From Lama guanicoe (Eukaryota): 64,000 nucleotides of DNA. The notes beneath the pieces are model-generated. The model was not told the DNA's origin. It did not search any database and saw only the letters and a list, made by a program, of their open reading frames with translations. The number at the start of each line of letters is the position of its first letter. Position 1 is the stretch's first letter. A program made the translations under genes and the position numbers. Positions 38,261-50,720 of the stretch are shown here, one piece after another. The stretch lies in the NCBI GenBank assembly GCA_013239625.1, contig MU054323.1:7243220-7307219 (forward strand), read 5' to 3'.

Positions 38261-40949
38261 TCAACGTCAACAACTCTGCCCAGATGTGTGTGTGGCGGGT
38301 CCCTGCAGGGGCAGGAGTGGTGCAGGTGCAGCTCGGGCTCTGGAGAAGCCCACTGGGTCCTAGGAAGCCTACGGGGGCCGGCACCAGAGGGAGTGAAGGC
38401 CTCTCACTGGAGGTGGCCTGGAACATGTGGCTCTGGGGAAGCGGCCAGGGAGGGATGAAAATAAATGGATTTTTGGAAAAACAAAATGGAGGTTCTGGGA
38501 TTTCATTTAGATGCTCCCCCAATAAGAGCAGCTATCCGAGCGGCCTCTGAAAGGGCCCCTGCCAAACCCTTCTAGCTCCTGTCCAGAAATCTCAGTCTCT
38601 GACAATAACACTGCCGCCATCCCTGGGGCCTGCAGCACCTTCCTTCTTCTCCCTGGTCCATGGCGGCCAGCAGTGTAGGCCCTGCCAATTCTGTCCCACC
38701 ACAGCCGCCCCCTAATAGGCTTTGGGGTATCTTCTGGCACCACCCACCCTACCCTATCTCCCTGCGTTCAACAGTCATGCTCCCAGATGCCAGAGCAAGC
38801 TTCTCAGAACACGACTCCCATCACTTCACGCCCCCTACCCTCTCCAAAACCTTCCAGATGAACACAGCACATTTTTGAGAGAATAAGGTATAAATCCTCA
38901 GGTTTCCTGCAAGCCACCTCTCCAACAAAGATCACATGCATTCTTAAATGAAACCCTCATCCACTCAGCCAAGCCAGTCTGCCTACAGCCCGGTCTCCCC
39001 ACTACACATAAGTCTGCTGGGCAGAGTTACAAGGAAAGTCTCTATTCTCATGAGAGGTATGACAGCCCTGTTTTCCTCACACCTTCAAAAGCATGAGAAG
39101 CCTGGGGTGCGGGCAGCAGGGTGTGGATGCAGGCTCACAGGCAGGAAGCTCCCGGAGGGGCTGGGGCCCAGGAATGGGAGATACCCTTCCAGGAAGTTCT
39201 GCACATAAAAACAAGGGGACACTGAGTCAAGATTCCAAGAGTTAGTGAAGGAGCCCTTCTGACTGGGACCCAAAGAGGGAATTTGAGCTGTCTTAAGAAT
39301 CAAAAAATCAAATGAGCCAATACTGCAAATTCCCAACAGCTGAGTTAAACGGTACCCAGCTGGCTTAAGCTTCAGCAGAAGGTTCCCCAGTTTCACACAG
39401 CTTACACCCCGAGTCTTTTACTCTGAAGTGGGGCACTTTCGCCCTCATGAACTCACTCACTCATGCATTGCGTTGGAGGTTCAGCCTCCAACGTGGAGTG
39501 AGTAACGCTGGCTTTGGGCCGGTCTGGCTGAGCTCAGCGCCTGCTCCCAGCCCCCTCCTCCCCCTCCCCCTCCCTCCCTTTCTGGGTTATTCTTAGCAAG
39601 AGGTGACCTCAAAGTGCTCCCACGGAGCAAAAATAACCCTGGAGGAAGTTGATGAGTATAAATCTTCAATGAATAAAGACATATACCTAGTAAACAGGGC
39701 AGGGAGTCCTAAAGGGCTGGTCCCCCCCAGGGTCTGGTGAACAAGGGCAGAAACTCTCCCTCCTAGAGCCCCAGCTACAACCAGCGTGAAGGACAAAGGC
39801 AGTCGCAGGGTTTTCTGGGCCTGTGACCAGGCAGGAATCAGCTTTGGACACCCTCACTTGTTACTCTGCAACGTCCTCAGAGCTGGTGAACAGGAAGATG
39901 CCTCTTCCTCTCAGCCTGACACTCACACCCACACACAGGCTCACACCCTCCAGCCAGCAGAGACCAGCCCCGCACGCCACTGTCCCCTCCTCCGGCCACG
40001 GGCACTGGCCAGCCCACAGGCCCTGAGCCCAGGTGCCAGCTCCCCTCCTAGGCCCCGCCCAGCCCTGCAGCCGGCTTCCTGTTTCCTGTTGCCGGCTCTG
40101 GCTGTGAGCATCCTGGCTCTGAGGCCAGTGCCGCAGGCCAACAGGCTGCCGCAGGGTTTAAACGGGCCCACCTCTCACTCCTCAGACCGCAGCCTTCCCC
40201 ACTTACCCACTGGCTCCCTGGTATTTGGGTCAGTCACCCTGTTCAGTTCTATTTTCTCTAGATGCTTTCTGGACCAGGTCCACACACTTTCCAACAGCCT
40301 TGCATTCATATATTAACTTAAAGGGAATTTTAGATACCCAGTCTTCCAGATGGTGCTGCTGGAATGGCAAGGAGCAATGAGCACTGTGGGCTTTGCAGCT
40401 GGGAGGCGTGGAGTCCAAGCCCAGTCCTCTCTGAACCTCAGTCTTTTCATCTGAATGTGAGGACGGCAATGACAGCAGCCCCCATCTACCCCACACAAGT
40501 TTATTGTCAGCATCAAATGAAGTCATGGTTGTAGAAGACCTCTGCAGGCAATCGAGTGCTGCACCACTCTCAGCCTTTCTTCACGGTCTCTGTCCTCAGC
40601 GAGTGGGTGGACAGTGCAATGTAGGGTGGCATAAATGGCAGATCTAGTGGAGGAGACATGCTCTCTCCACTGGCTTTTCCTACTATCTGGGTGAAAAACC
40701 AGGTTCTGGTTTTAGTTTTTTAGATTCTCAATCCACCAGGAAATGATACTTTGGTAAAATATAAAATCATGCACATGGATGTGGCGACAGTATCAAATTG
40801 ATATAAAAGTTTCTAAATACTTATTCACAAGTTCTACACAGATGAGTAACAAACAGTTCGCAGACTGGTGCTTCTCAAGGTCAGGTGTGAAGACCCAAGC
40901 CTGGGACTGGTGGGCTGATATCCTGTCGTACCTCTCAGTGTTCATGTTA

Positions 40950-41079
40950 TTTTTTTTAATTAAAAAAATATTTGGGGGGTAGTAATTAGGTTTGTTTATT
41001 TAAATGAAGGTCCTAGGGATTGAACCCAGGACCTCATGCATGTTAAGCATGCAGTCTACCACTGAGCTGTAGCCTCCCC
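40950..41079 (-). mobile_element. tRNA-derived SINE (Vic-1-like)
   Basis: Same family; TSD agtgttcatKtta on both sides. Confidence 0.88.
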
Positions 41080-44000
41080 GCTTAGTGTTCATTTTAATTT
41101 TACAAACAGTTCAAAAGGGAGAGCCAGTGTGGGTCACGATGGCTGCACTAGGCTTCACTTGCAAGACAGGCTTTGGTGGGCTGTGACACTGGGTAGGCAG
41201 AGAGATGGGAAGGCAGCAGAACAGCTTATGAGGCAGTAGGACAAACATGCTTGCGGTGTTCAGGGAGCAGCAAGAAGACGAGGTTTCTTTGGCAAAAGAG
41301 ATGACACTGAGCACAAGTGCAGAGGCAGGAGAGAGCACGTGATGAGGAGCCAAATGGAGTGTTCCCGGCCTTGTCCCATGAGAAATGGAACCCCTGGAGA
41401 TCCCTGAGCAGGGACATGCCATGGGCTGTATTTAGTATAATTATGTGTGGCCTCCTCTCTAGCACACCAGGTTGAAATAAGTGTTATTTATTTGGCAGGT
41501 GCTCAGTAGGTGTAATGTGTTTATCATTGAAAAAAGAAGGGCTAGGGGTGGGAGTCTAGAGAGATGCTGGGGGCAGGTGGGATCTGGTCTGGGTGAGGGT
41601 GCAGCCAGGAGGCTGATGCAGGAGCAAGTGAAAGGTACCCAGGGACAGACAGGCCATGGGAGCAAAAGTTGCAGAGAGACGATTTCATAGCCTTGGGCCA
41701 GGGGGTGGTGAGGACACCACTGGATGTACCTCGTCCCTCCTCATCCAGCATGAGATGTGCAACGTTTGCACAAATCAAGAGCCCAGCCTGCAGCCACGTT
41801 TTCCTCTCTTGCTTCCCAGGGCTGCCCCTTCCGTTCCACCTGCCAGGATCTGAGCCAAGCTCCTCGCCTTTCCAGGCTTAGCTCGATGACACACACTCAG
41901 CTGCTTTAAAGCTCCCTGGTCAATCTGTTCCCAGGTTCACAGCTGGACCAAGTCCCCAGAAGCCCTCCCTGCTGTTCTCCTCTGCTAGGGAAGGGAGGAG
42001 GCCTGGGCAAGCACCTGTTCCATGAGTAAACCAGGTGGCCTGAGACCCGGGGGACTGTGGGCTGGCCCTGAGCTGCAGCACGACGTCCCACCCTCCCTCC
42101 CCCATGGGCTCCCCTGGGGGGCTGGGAGCCTGCTGCCAGAGAAGACCTGCAGGCTGTTTTCTCTGTTCCCCTCACTGTGCAAGGGGTTCCTTTCACAACA
42201 GTTGTCTAGGCCCCCTGCATCCCCAGTCAGCACTGCCTTCCCCATGCTCTCTCTCCCAACCCGGGACCTCGCTCAAAAGTCCAGGTGGCTTCAGGTGTCA
42301 CTTAGGACATGGGCTGGACCACATCCAGACTGACCTGCATGGGATGTGCACTCCCACTGGAGCTGATGAGAGGCTGATGCCAGACACTCATTGAAAGGCC
42401 TTACAGACCCTGGTCCACTGGCCCCTATAGGGGGACAGGTTTATGACACTGCCAACCCTGTGCATTTAGACTCCTCTTTGCTGTTTGCAAAGCACCCCTG
42501 GAGGTGGACAGGGCAGGTATTATTGACAGCTATATTTTACCAATGAGGAAGCAAAAGTTCAGAGAGGTTCAGTAACTTGCTAAGGTCACACAGCTGGGAA
42601 GCAGTAAATCCAGTGCTGCTGCTTCTGTTTCGGGTAAGAGCAGGGCCAGTCATTGCTGACCACTGGCTCTTTGGTGTTTCCATCCATTCAATTTTCACAG
42701 GGGTCTAGGAGGAATGCTCCTTTATTATCTTTCTTTTTCAGAAGAGGAATCCGAGGTTCAGGCAATGACTTTTTCAAGCCACACAGGTGGTCAGTGTTGG
42801 AGGTGGGATTTAAACCCAGTTCTGTTGGATTCTAAAGACTGTGCTCTTCCTTCCAGCTGGGCCCTGCTTCAGGCCAGGGGTGTATGACGCACTGACCCTT
42901 CGCCCACTGGGCCATGCCCCTCTTCCTTCTCATCTGTCTGTCTCCGGACACACTTCCACATACCTGCCTCTAATTTCCTTGAACCCTCTGTCCCTGGGGC
43001 CTCACCCCACCTCTCAGTGATGTGCCCTCCCTCTGGTTCCAGGGACTCAAAAAGATGGGTCAGAGGGTTGCCAGGGCTCACTGGCTACAGGTAGTGGCTC
43101 CCGTCCCTAGCACCTAAACCAGGGAAGGCGGAGTTTGCCCTGCAGATCATGGACACACATGCAGATCAGATATGGAATTACCAGTGGGCTCTGACTCAGC
43201 CTGGCTCCCCCTCCCACTCCAGCCTGCACTGAGCCCCTCCACTTTCTCCCACAAGCTGCCCAATGCAGGCAGGAGAGTGGAGGGATGCCCTGGCAATCTG
43301 GAAGTGCAGCCTGGAGTCTGCTGCAAGCTGGAAATTCCTTTGAAGTCTCCCATTTTATCTTTCAACTGCATGTGAATTTTTCATTCTGGGCCATGAAATA
43401 TCCGTGTTTGCTTTCATAATAAAATGTTTAAAATTACTTACCAGTTAAATGACTTAACTTCTGCCCCTCTTCCCCTCCAAATCTCCAAGCAGAATTGGCA
43501 GCAGTGCACTTTAGTACCCTCCAGATTCCCAAACCTCTTGGCTCTAAGAACCACCCCGTCTCCTTCAGCTGGTGCAGCCCTCCCTCCCGCCCTCTGCTGT
43601 CCTCTTTCACTGTGGCCACTGTTCACCTGGACTCTCTGCCCCAAGGGAGAAAATCCTGCCTTACTGAGAACATTTCCTTGAAGGGCTCCTGGCTTGTCCT
43701 TACCTTCTTGCTCCAAGTTTCCCATTCACAGCTGGAAGGGTTTAAAAGAAAGGGACCAGCTGTCTCTGGTGCCGGCAAATTATTGTTCTGCTTCTGAGTT
43801 TAAGACATAAGGCTGCAGGCTTCTACAGCCCACAGGCCTTGCCCTCTGGAGTACTCTCCGTCGTGGGCAACCCCAGAGCCCCCTTCCCCAGGTTCAGAGA
43901 CAATGGTCCCCAGAAGCCTGGGGCTCGTGGGCCAGCCCTGGGGCCTACACTTCTACTAGATCTAAACAGCGCCCAGACCTCCTCCTCTCTTAGAAAGGGT

Positions 44001-44449
44001 CTCATCAGCCTGCATCTCTTGCCTGTTCACTTTGATCAGACTCCCAGACCTCAGTTCCCTTTCCCAGGCTCTCAGGTAGGGCAGAGAGAGTGGGTGTCTG
44101 GTTGCGGAGGGAGGAGCCCCTGCAGGCAAGCGAGAGAGAAACAAGTCCTGCCCTCCTGCAGCCCTTCCTGAAAGAAGGTGGGAGTCAGGGGTCTGGTTCA
44201 AGTCCCACAAGACCCACAGCGCAAGACCCCTAGCCTCTAAAGGCCTCCAGTTCAATACAGAAAATAGAAAGTTGTGGGGGTGCTTGTGGGATCTAGAGAA
44301 TGGGGAATGGAACTGGGCTCTGCAGCTGGAAGGGCGCACCCCATCACCTGGTCTTAGCGTCCCCAGGTCCCTGCAGGACACACATCACTGGCGTTTAAGA
44401 GCATGCGCGTGCGCGTGCACGTGCGTGCTGCGGGGACACCGCCACTCAC

Positions 44450-44554
44450 CGGGGGGTGCTTGCGCTTCCTCCCAGGCCGCCCCACCTTCCGTGCAGTCGT
44501 GCTGGGCTCCTGCCGCTCCTCCTTGCCACGAGCCTCCTCCTGCTCCTCTCCCTC
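44450..44554 (-). CDS. DNMT3A: DNMT3A exon 3 ([35 protein letters not shown]), 105 nt
   Basis: Acceptor ccacag|GAG, donor CCG|gtgagt; basic [11 protein letters not shown] motif. Confidence 0.97.
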
Positions 44555-47175
44555 CTGTGGGCACAGACACAGCCTGTGAAGCCAGGGCTGGACCCCAGAG
44601 CCCTGCCCACCATCCCACCCCTGTGGCAGCCGCACTTCCAGGGCTGTGCCACGCAGGTGTCCCTGGCAGGGATGGTTTTCCCCCCACCTCGCTTCCTGCC
44701 TGGTGAGGAACTGAGCAGCCCTGAGGGCCGCATTTAAGTCTAGCCTCGGGGAACTGCAGGGCCGACCCCGCTGCCCCAGCAGGACACACAGCTCTCCCTC
44801 CTGGTGGACACATTTTCTGAACCACAGAATCATAACACATGCTCCGACAAAGAATTTGTCTCTGAATATAAGTTTATTCATACAAAAAAATCTTACACAA
44901 GTACAAAAATGAAATTAATTATATACTGAATGAATCGCTTTTATTGAAAAGAAAATCACATGAAGGGAAATACGAAATTTAGCGGTGTATGTTGGAAGTA
45001 CATGCAGCCCCTGGACGGAAGCCTGTCACGGACCTGGAGGGCGTTACAGCCGCTGTATGTATATCTGCCCGGAGGCACTTGCCATGTGGTGCTGACACTG
45101 CATGTTCCTGTCACCCCACAGGAGCATCTCAGGGACCATCACATCTTGGTTCATTTGATGCCCCTCCTTCATTGAATTCTGGACCAGAAGTTTGGTTTTG
45201 TCACCACATTTCACCTGGCACCTGCCAGGGACGGGCTCTGCTGTGCTTGTCTCATGGGGCAGACACATAAACCTAGAAAGTCCTCGTGCCTCACTGCTCC
45301 AGCCTGGCCACAAACCACCCACAAGTCGCTTCTGACTCAGCGGGCTCCAGCATGACTAATCACGAGCAAAAAGCGTGTTGGGGAAGGAGAGAGAAAAAGA
45401 CCCTGACCCAGTAGAGGACCCATAGTCATGCCCTGCATGATACCAGGCGCCACAGATGGCTTCATGTCCTCCTGAGGAGAGGCCAGCCCAGAGCCGTGCT
45501 GATGCCATGGAAAAGCAGGGAAGGTGCACAGATTCCCAGGGGATTTAATCACGATGGCCCTCAAAGTCCCACTCGACTTTCATTTTTTGTGATTTCAAAA
45601 TAGCTTGTGGTTTGCCACATTAATTTTCAAGTGATGGTGGGACACGCAGATGGAAACCTACTGTCACCAATTGTAGACGTTAGACCAATGGCAAGAGAAG
45701 CACTGGCTCCCTCTGTCCATCCATCCACTCAAGGCATGTCTGGGACACACCCACCCAGAAGGGAGACTCAGGGTTTAGTTGAGGTTCCCAGTCCTCCAAA
45801 GACATGTAAGAGAGGCACAAGGCCTTAGCACCAAGGAAAAGCTACAGTCAAGTTGGAGTTGGAGAGCGTGTTCAGAGGAGCAGGAAGAGGACACCAGTGT
45901 ATTGTGTGTGCAAGAAATAAAGGGAGCTGCCAACCCCAGAGGCAAAGTTGTTGAAGACAAAGCGATTTGGTTAGGGATGGAAATGGTCTGCCTTAGAGAT
46001 AAGCTGTGCAGAATGGCATGGCAGTGAGGACCGAACGGCTGGGGAGGGGCTAAAGAGACAACTTAAGGAGCCCAGCTGAGAAAAGTCTGAAGGAAAAGCC
46101 AAGGACAGGGAGCCCAGAGCCGGCTGTGGACAAGAGAGCAGGGTCCAGGGTGGAGAGAGAAAGGCTGCTCTGTGACCAGAGACCCTTGAGAAACTTTCAG
46201 GAAGACACAGCAGAGAAGCTGTGAGGGCAGAAAGGCTGAGGTGGGGGACAGCCAAGGGTGGGGAGGCCTCCATGAGAGACCTGGGGAGCCCAGGGCCATA
46301 CGCCCCATGTAAGGCCAGGCTTGCTAGTGCCGAGCTGCCTTTTGAGACCCCACAGATAACCCCCATTTAAGAAACAATCACTGGGATCATACAGAGAGGA
46401 AATAGTATCAAGACAGCTTAACTTTTTAAAATTCAAGTATAGTTGATTTACAACATCGTCTTAGTTTATGGTGTACAACATAGCGATTCAGTTATAGATA
46501 TAGATAGATTCTTTTTCATTATAGGTTATTACAAGCTATTGAATATAGTTCCCTGTGCTATACAGCAGGACCTTGTTGTTGATCTATTTTATATACAGTA
46601 GTTTGTATCTGCTAATACCCAATTCCTAATTTATCCCTACCCTCCCCTTTCCCCTTTGGTAACCGTAGGTTTGTTTTCTATGTCTGTGAGTCTGTTTTTA
46701 TTTCATATATAAGTATATTTGTGACACTTTTTTAGAGTCCACATAAAAGTGATAACATATGATATTTGTCTTTCTCTGACTTACTTCATTTAGTGTGATA
46801 ATTTCTAGGTCCATCCATGGTGCTACAATGGCATTATTTCATTCTTTTTATTGCTGAGTAATATTCCATTGTATATTTATACCACATCTTCTTTATCTGT
46901 TCATCTGTTGATGGACATTTAGGCTGTTTCCATATCTTGGCTATTGTAAATAGTGCTGCTATGAACATTGGGATGCATGTATCTTTTCGAATTAGAATTT
47001 TCTTCAGATAAATGCCCAGGAATGGGATTGCTAGATCATATGGTAACTCTATTTTTAGTTTTTTAAGGATTCTCCATCCTGTTTTCCATAGTGGCTGCAA
47101 CAAATTACGTTCCCAGGAACAGTGTAGGAAAGTTCCCTTTACTCCACACTCATTTCAGCATTTATCCTTTGTGGA

Positions 47176-48956
47176 TTTTTTTGTTTTAATTGAAGTATAG
47201 TCAGTTACAACGTGTCAATTGTTTCAGTCACACATATACATACATTCATTTTCAGATTTTTCATTATAGGTTACTACAAGATATTGAATATAATTCCCTG
47301 TGCTATACAGAAATTTGTCTTTAATCTGTTTTATACATAGTAGTTAGTATCTGCACATCTTGAACTCCCAATTTATCCCTTCCCACCCCCTTTCCCCTCA
47401 GTAACAGTAAGTTTGTTTACTGTCTGTGAGTCCGTTTCTGTTTTGTAGTTGAGCTCATTAGTATCTTCTTTTTTTTTTAGATTCCAGATATAAGTGATAT
47501 CATATGGTATTTTTCTTTCTCTTTCTGGCTTACTTCACGTAGAATAACGATCTCCAGATCCATCAGTGTTGCTGCAAATGGCATTATTTTATTATTTTTA
47601 TGGCTGAGTAGTATTCCATTGTATATATATATACCACAGCTTCTTTATCCAATCCTCTGTCTATGGTCATTTAGGTTGTTTCCATGTCTTGGCTATTGTT
47701 AAGTAGTGCTGCTGTGAATATTGGGGTGCATGTATCTTTTCAAATTTGAGTTCCCTCCGGGTATGTGTCCAGGAATGGGATTGCTGGATCATATGGTAAG
47801 TCTATTTTTACTTCTTTGAGGACTCACCGTACTGTTTTCCATAACAGCTGTACCAAACTACATTCCCACCAACAGTGTAGGAGGGTTCCCTTTTCTCCAC
47901 ACCCTCTCCAGCATTTATTATTTATGGACTTTTTAATGATGGCCATTCTGACTGGTGTGAGGTGATACCTCATTGATTGTAGTTCTGATTTGCATTTCTC
48001 TGATAATTAGCAGTATTGAGCATTTTTCCATGTGCCTATTGGCCATTTGTGTGTCTTCATTGAAGAACTGCTTGTTTAGGTCTTCTGCCCATTTTTGGAT
48101 TGGGTTGTTTGCTTTTTCCCTATTGAGTTATATGAGCTGTTTATATATTCTGGAAGTTAAACCTTTGTCAGTTGATCATTTGCAAAGATTTTCTCCCATT
48201 CTGTAGGTTTTCATTTTTTTAAATCAAAATATTTTATTGTTTTTTGGGGGGGGATTGGGTTTGTTTGTTTGTTTGCTTGTTTGTTTGTTGATTTTAATGG
48301 TGGTCCTGGAGATTGAACCCAGGGCCTCATGCATGCTACGCATGCACTACCACTGAGCTATACCCTCCCCACAAATTGTCATTTTGCTTATGATTTTCCT
48401 GCACAAAAGCTTATAAACTTGATTAGGTCCCATTTGTTTATTTTTACTTTTATTTCCATTGCCTTGGTAGACTGCCCTAGAAGAACATTGCTAAGATTTC
48501 TGTCAGAAAATGCTTTGCCAATGTTTTCTTCTAGGAGGTTATAGTGTCTTGTCTTATATTTGTCTTTAAGCCATTTTGAGTTTCTTTTTATGTATGGTGT
48601 GAGGGAGTGTTCTAACTTAATTTACACGCAGCTGTCCAGTTTTCCCAACATCACTTACTAACGACACTTTCTTTTCTCCATTGTATATCCTTGCCTCTTT
48701 TGTCAAAGATTAATTGACTGTAGGTCTGTGGGTTTATTTCTGCGCTCCCTATTCTGTTCCATTGATCCATATGTCTGTTTTTCTGCCAATACCACACTGT
48801 TTTGACTACTGTAGCTCTGTAGTATTGTCTGAAGTCTGAGAATGTTATTCCTCCAGCTTCATTTTTTTCCTTCAGAATTGGTTTGGCAATTCTGGATCTT
48901 TTGTGATTCCATATAAAGTTTAGGATTATTTGTTCTAGTTCTGTGAAAAATGTCCT
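47176..48956 (-). mobile_element. Inner L1 (5'-truncated, about 1.8 kb)
   Basis: Second L1 3' end (ttttaattgaagtatagtcagttaca) repeating the same ORF2/3' UTR segment; TSD tttgtgga at 47168-47175 and 48961-48968. Confidence 0.88.
48215..48370 (-). mobile_element. tRNA-derived SINE (Vic-1-like) inside the inner L1
   Basis: gattgaacccagggcctcatgcatgc...actaccactgagctataccctcccc with (gttt)n tail. Confidence 0.88.
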
Positions 48957-50444
48957 GTCATTTGTGGAAGTTTAAATGATGGTCATTCTAACTGGTGTGA
49001 GGGGCTCCCTCATTGTAGTTTTGATTTGCATTTCTCTGATAATTAATGCAGCTTAATATCTGTGAAGGTTCTGACTGTATCTACACAAGTGCAGGTGAAT
49101 TTCAGGCTGAGATGGTGCTTTTGGTCTGATTCTACCATGGCTAAAAGGACGCCACCTTAATCATGCTGACCAGGTAACTCAGCATTTACAAGACAGTTGG
49201 AGGCCATGGGAAGTAGTGGAAAGGCACAGGGCTTAGAGCAAACTGAAATAGGTATGAGACCGGCTTGTCCATGTGCTAGATCCAGGACTGTTCTCTCGGA
49301 GCCTCAATTTCCTCATCCGTAAAATGGGGGTATGAAGGTGATTTTTTTTTTTTCTGCCTGCTTCTCAGGTTTTTAAGAAGACAGATGAACAAATGGTTTA
49401 TCCCTTTGTCTGTTTTGTTCACTGCTGAATTCCCAGAGCCCAGAGCAGGCCCAGCACTTAGAGGGTTTTCCACATGTCCCCAGATGAGAGGACTATTTAC
49501 ATATTCCCCAGGGGCAGGAGGCTCACCTCCTACCTATGCTTGCCCAGAGAGCACTAGGCCAGACCTGGCTGAGCCTCTGACCGTTCCTGGTGGTTGGGCC
49601 CATGGGACCATAATGCACGGGGCTGCAGCCCAGAGGGGTGCTGAGGTGGGTCAGAACCAGTTGGGGCAGCCATGGAGTCTGGAAAGATTCCTACCACCCA
49701 GAAATTCTGGGCTATGAACTATTTCTTTAATGAACGGCATTTCTTACAGAGAGATCCACTTGCTTTTCTAACTTTTACTCTAAACTAATCAGAGACATGA
49801 AAGCCAATCAAAGCCACAGATCAGCACTAAGGAAGCATGGTTATTAGGCCACACTAAAACCAAGATACCTGCCCAGCAAGCCCCATCTTCCACTGGCATA
49901 TGGAGAAAGTCTTTGAGGGCCCCTGATAGGCCACCCCTGTGCCGTCTGGAAACTTGCTGTCATTCCTCACCTTAAGCCAGACATGTACTCTGCACAGGAG
50001 ATGCTCAGCACATCTTTCCCTGTTGAACTTAATTCAGTGCGGCACTCTCAGGAGGAAGGGGTGGAGGGCCCTGACACCACACCACCTGTCCAGGTCCTGG
50101 CACGTTGAGAACAGGGAGCCCCAGGGCCGCACACTTAGCCTGTTCCTCAGGCCAGGGGGTTGGCGGGTGTGTGAGGGGCACAGCACTCAATGCCCAGTTC
50201 AGCACCCGGGTCTCAGGTACCCTGGGGTGTGCTTAGGAAACCAACTCTCCATGAGAGCTCAGGTCAGGACACGCACCCAAGTCTGAGCGACTCCAGCCAA
50301 CACTTTCTATCCAGTCCTAAAGCACAACTTTGTGAAATGCACGTTCTTTTTCGCCAACATGCCATTCTTCCAAGGTGTAGTGCCATGAAGGGCGAAGGAA
50401 GGTGGCAATACCTTCTGCTCTGGGCCTGCCTACGTTCACACCCA

Positions 50445-50720
50445 TGAGTGAGAGGGATGATACACTGAGCAGGGTGAGCAGATGGCTCGGGGCCGTGCCC
50501 CTCAAGGAGGCGTATCGAGGGGTTCATTCTCGCATCTGTCACGGGGCCTATTTCATTCAATATCTTTGCTGATGGGTTGAGCAAAGGAATGTAAAATATG
50601 CTTATCAAATCTGCAAGTAGCACTGAGCCAGGAGGCGTCACTAATACTCTGAAAGGGAAGAATCTGATCCACAGTGACTTGGAGCAGCTGGAAAACAGTA
50701 ACAAATTTAGCAGGAACAGA
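50445..50720 (+). mobile_element. CR1/L3 reverse-transcriptase fossil
   Basis: Hand translation SVTGPISFNIFADGLSKGM*NMLIKSASSTEPGGVTNTL...IHSDLEQLE resembles CR1 SVLGPVLFNIFINDLD...LIKFADDTKLGG...IQKDLDRLE; catalytic DD lost. Confidence 0.8.

Larger units (their letters stand above)
46422..49048 (-). mobile_element. Outer L1 (3' portion), interrupted at about 47175/48957 by a second L1
   Basis: ORF2 C-terminus LWKTGWRILKKLKIELPYDLAIPFLGIY...MFIAALFTIAKIWKQPKCP; TSD cagcttaa at 46414-46421 and 49049-49056. Confidence 0.9.

Noticed and set aside
46834..47103. ORF resembling a real protein
   Set aside because: C-terminal fragment of decayed L1 ORF2.
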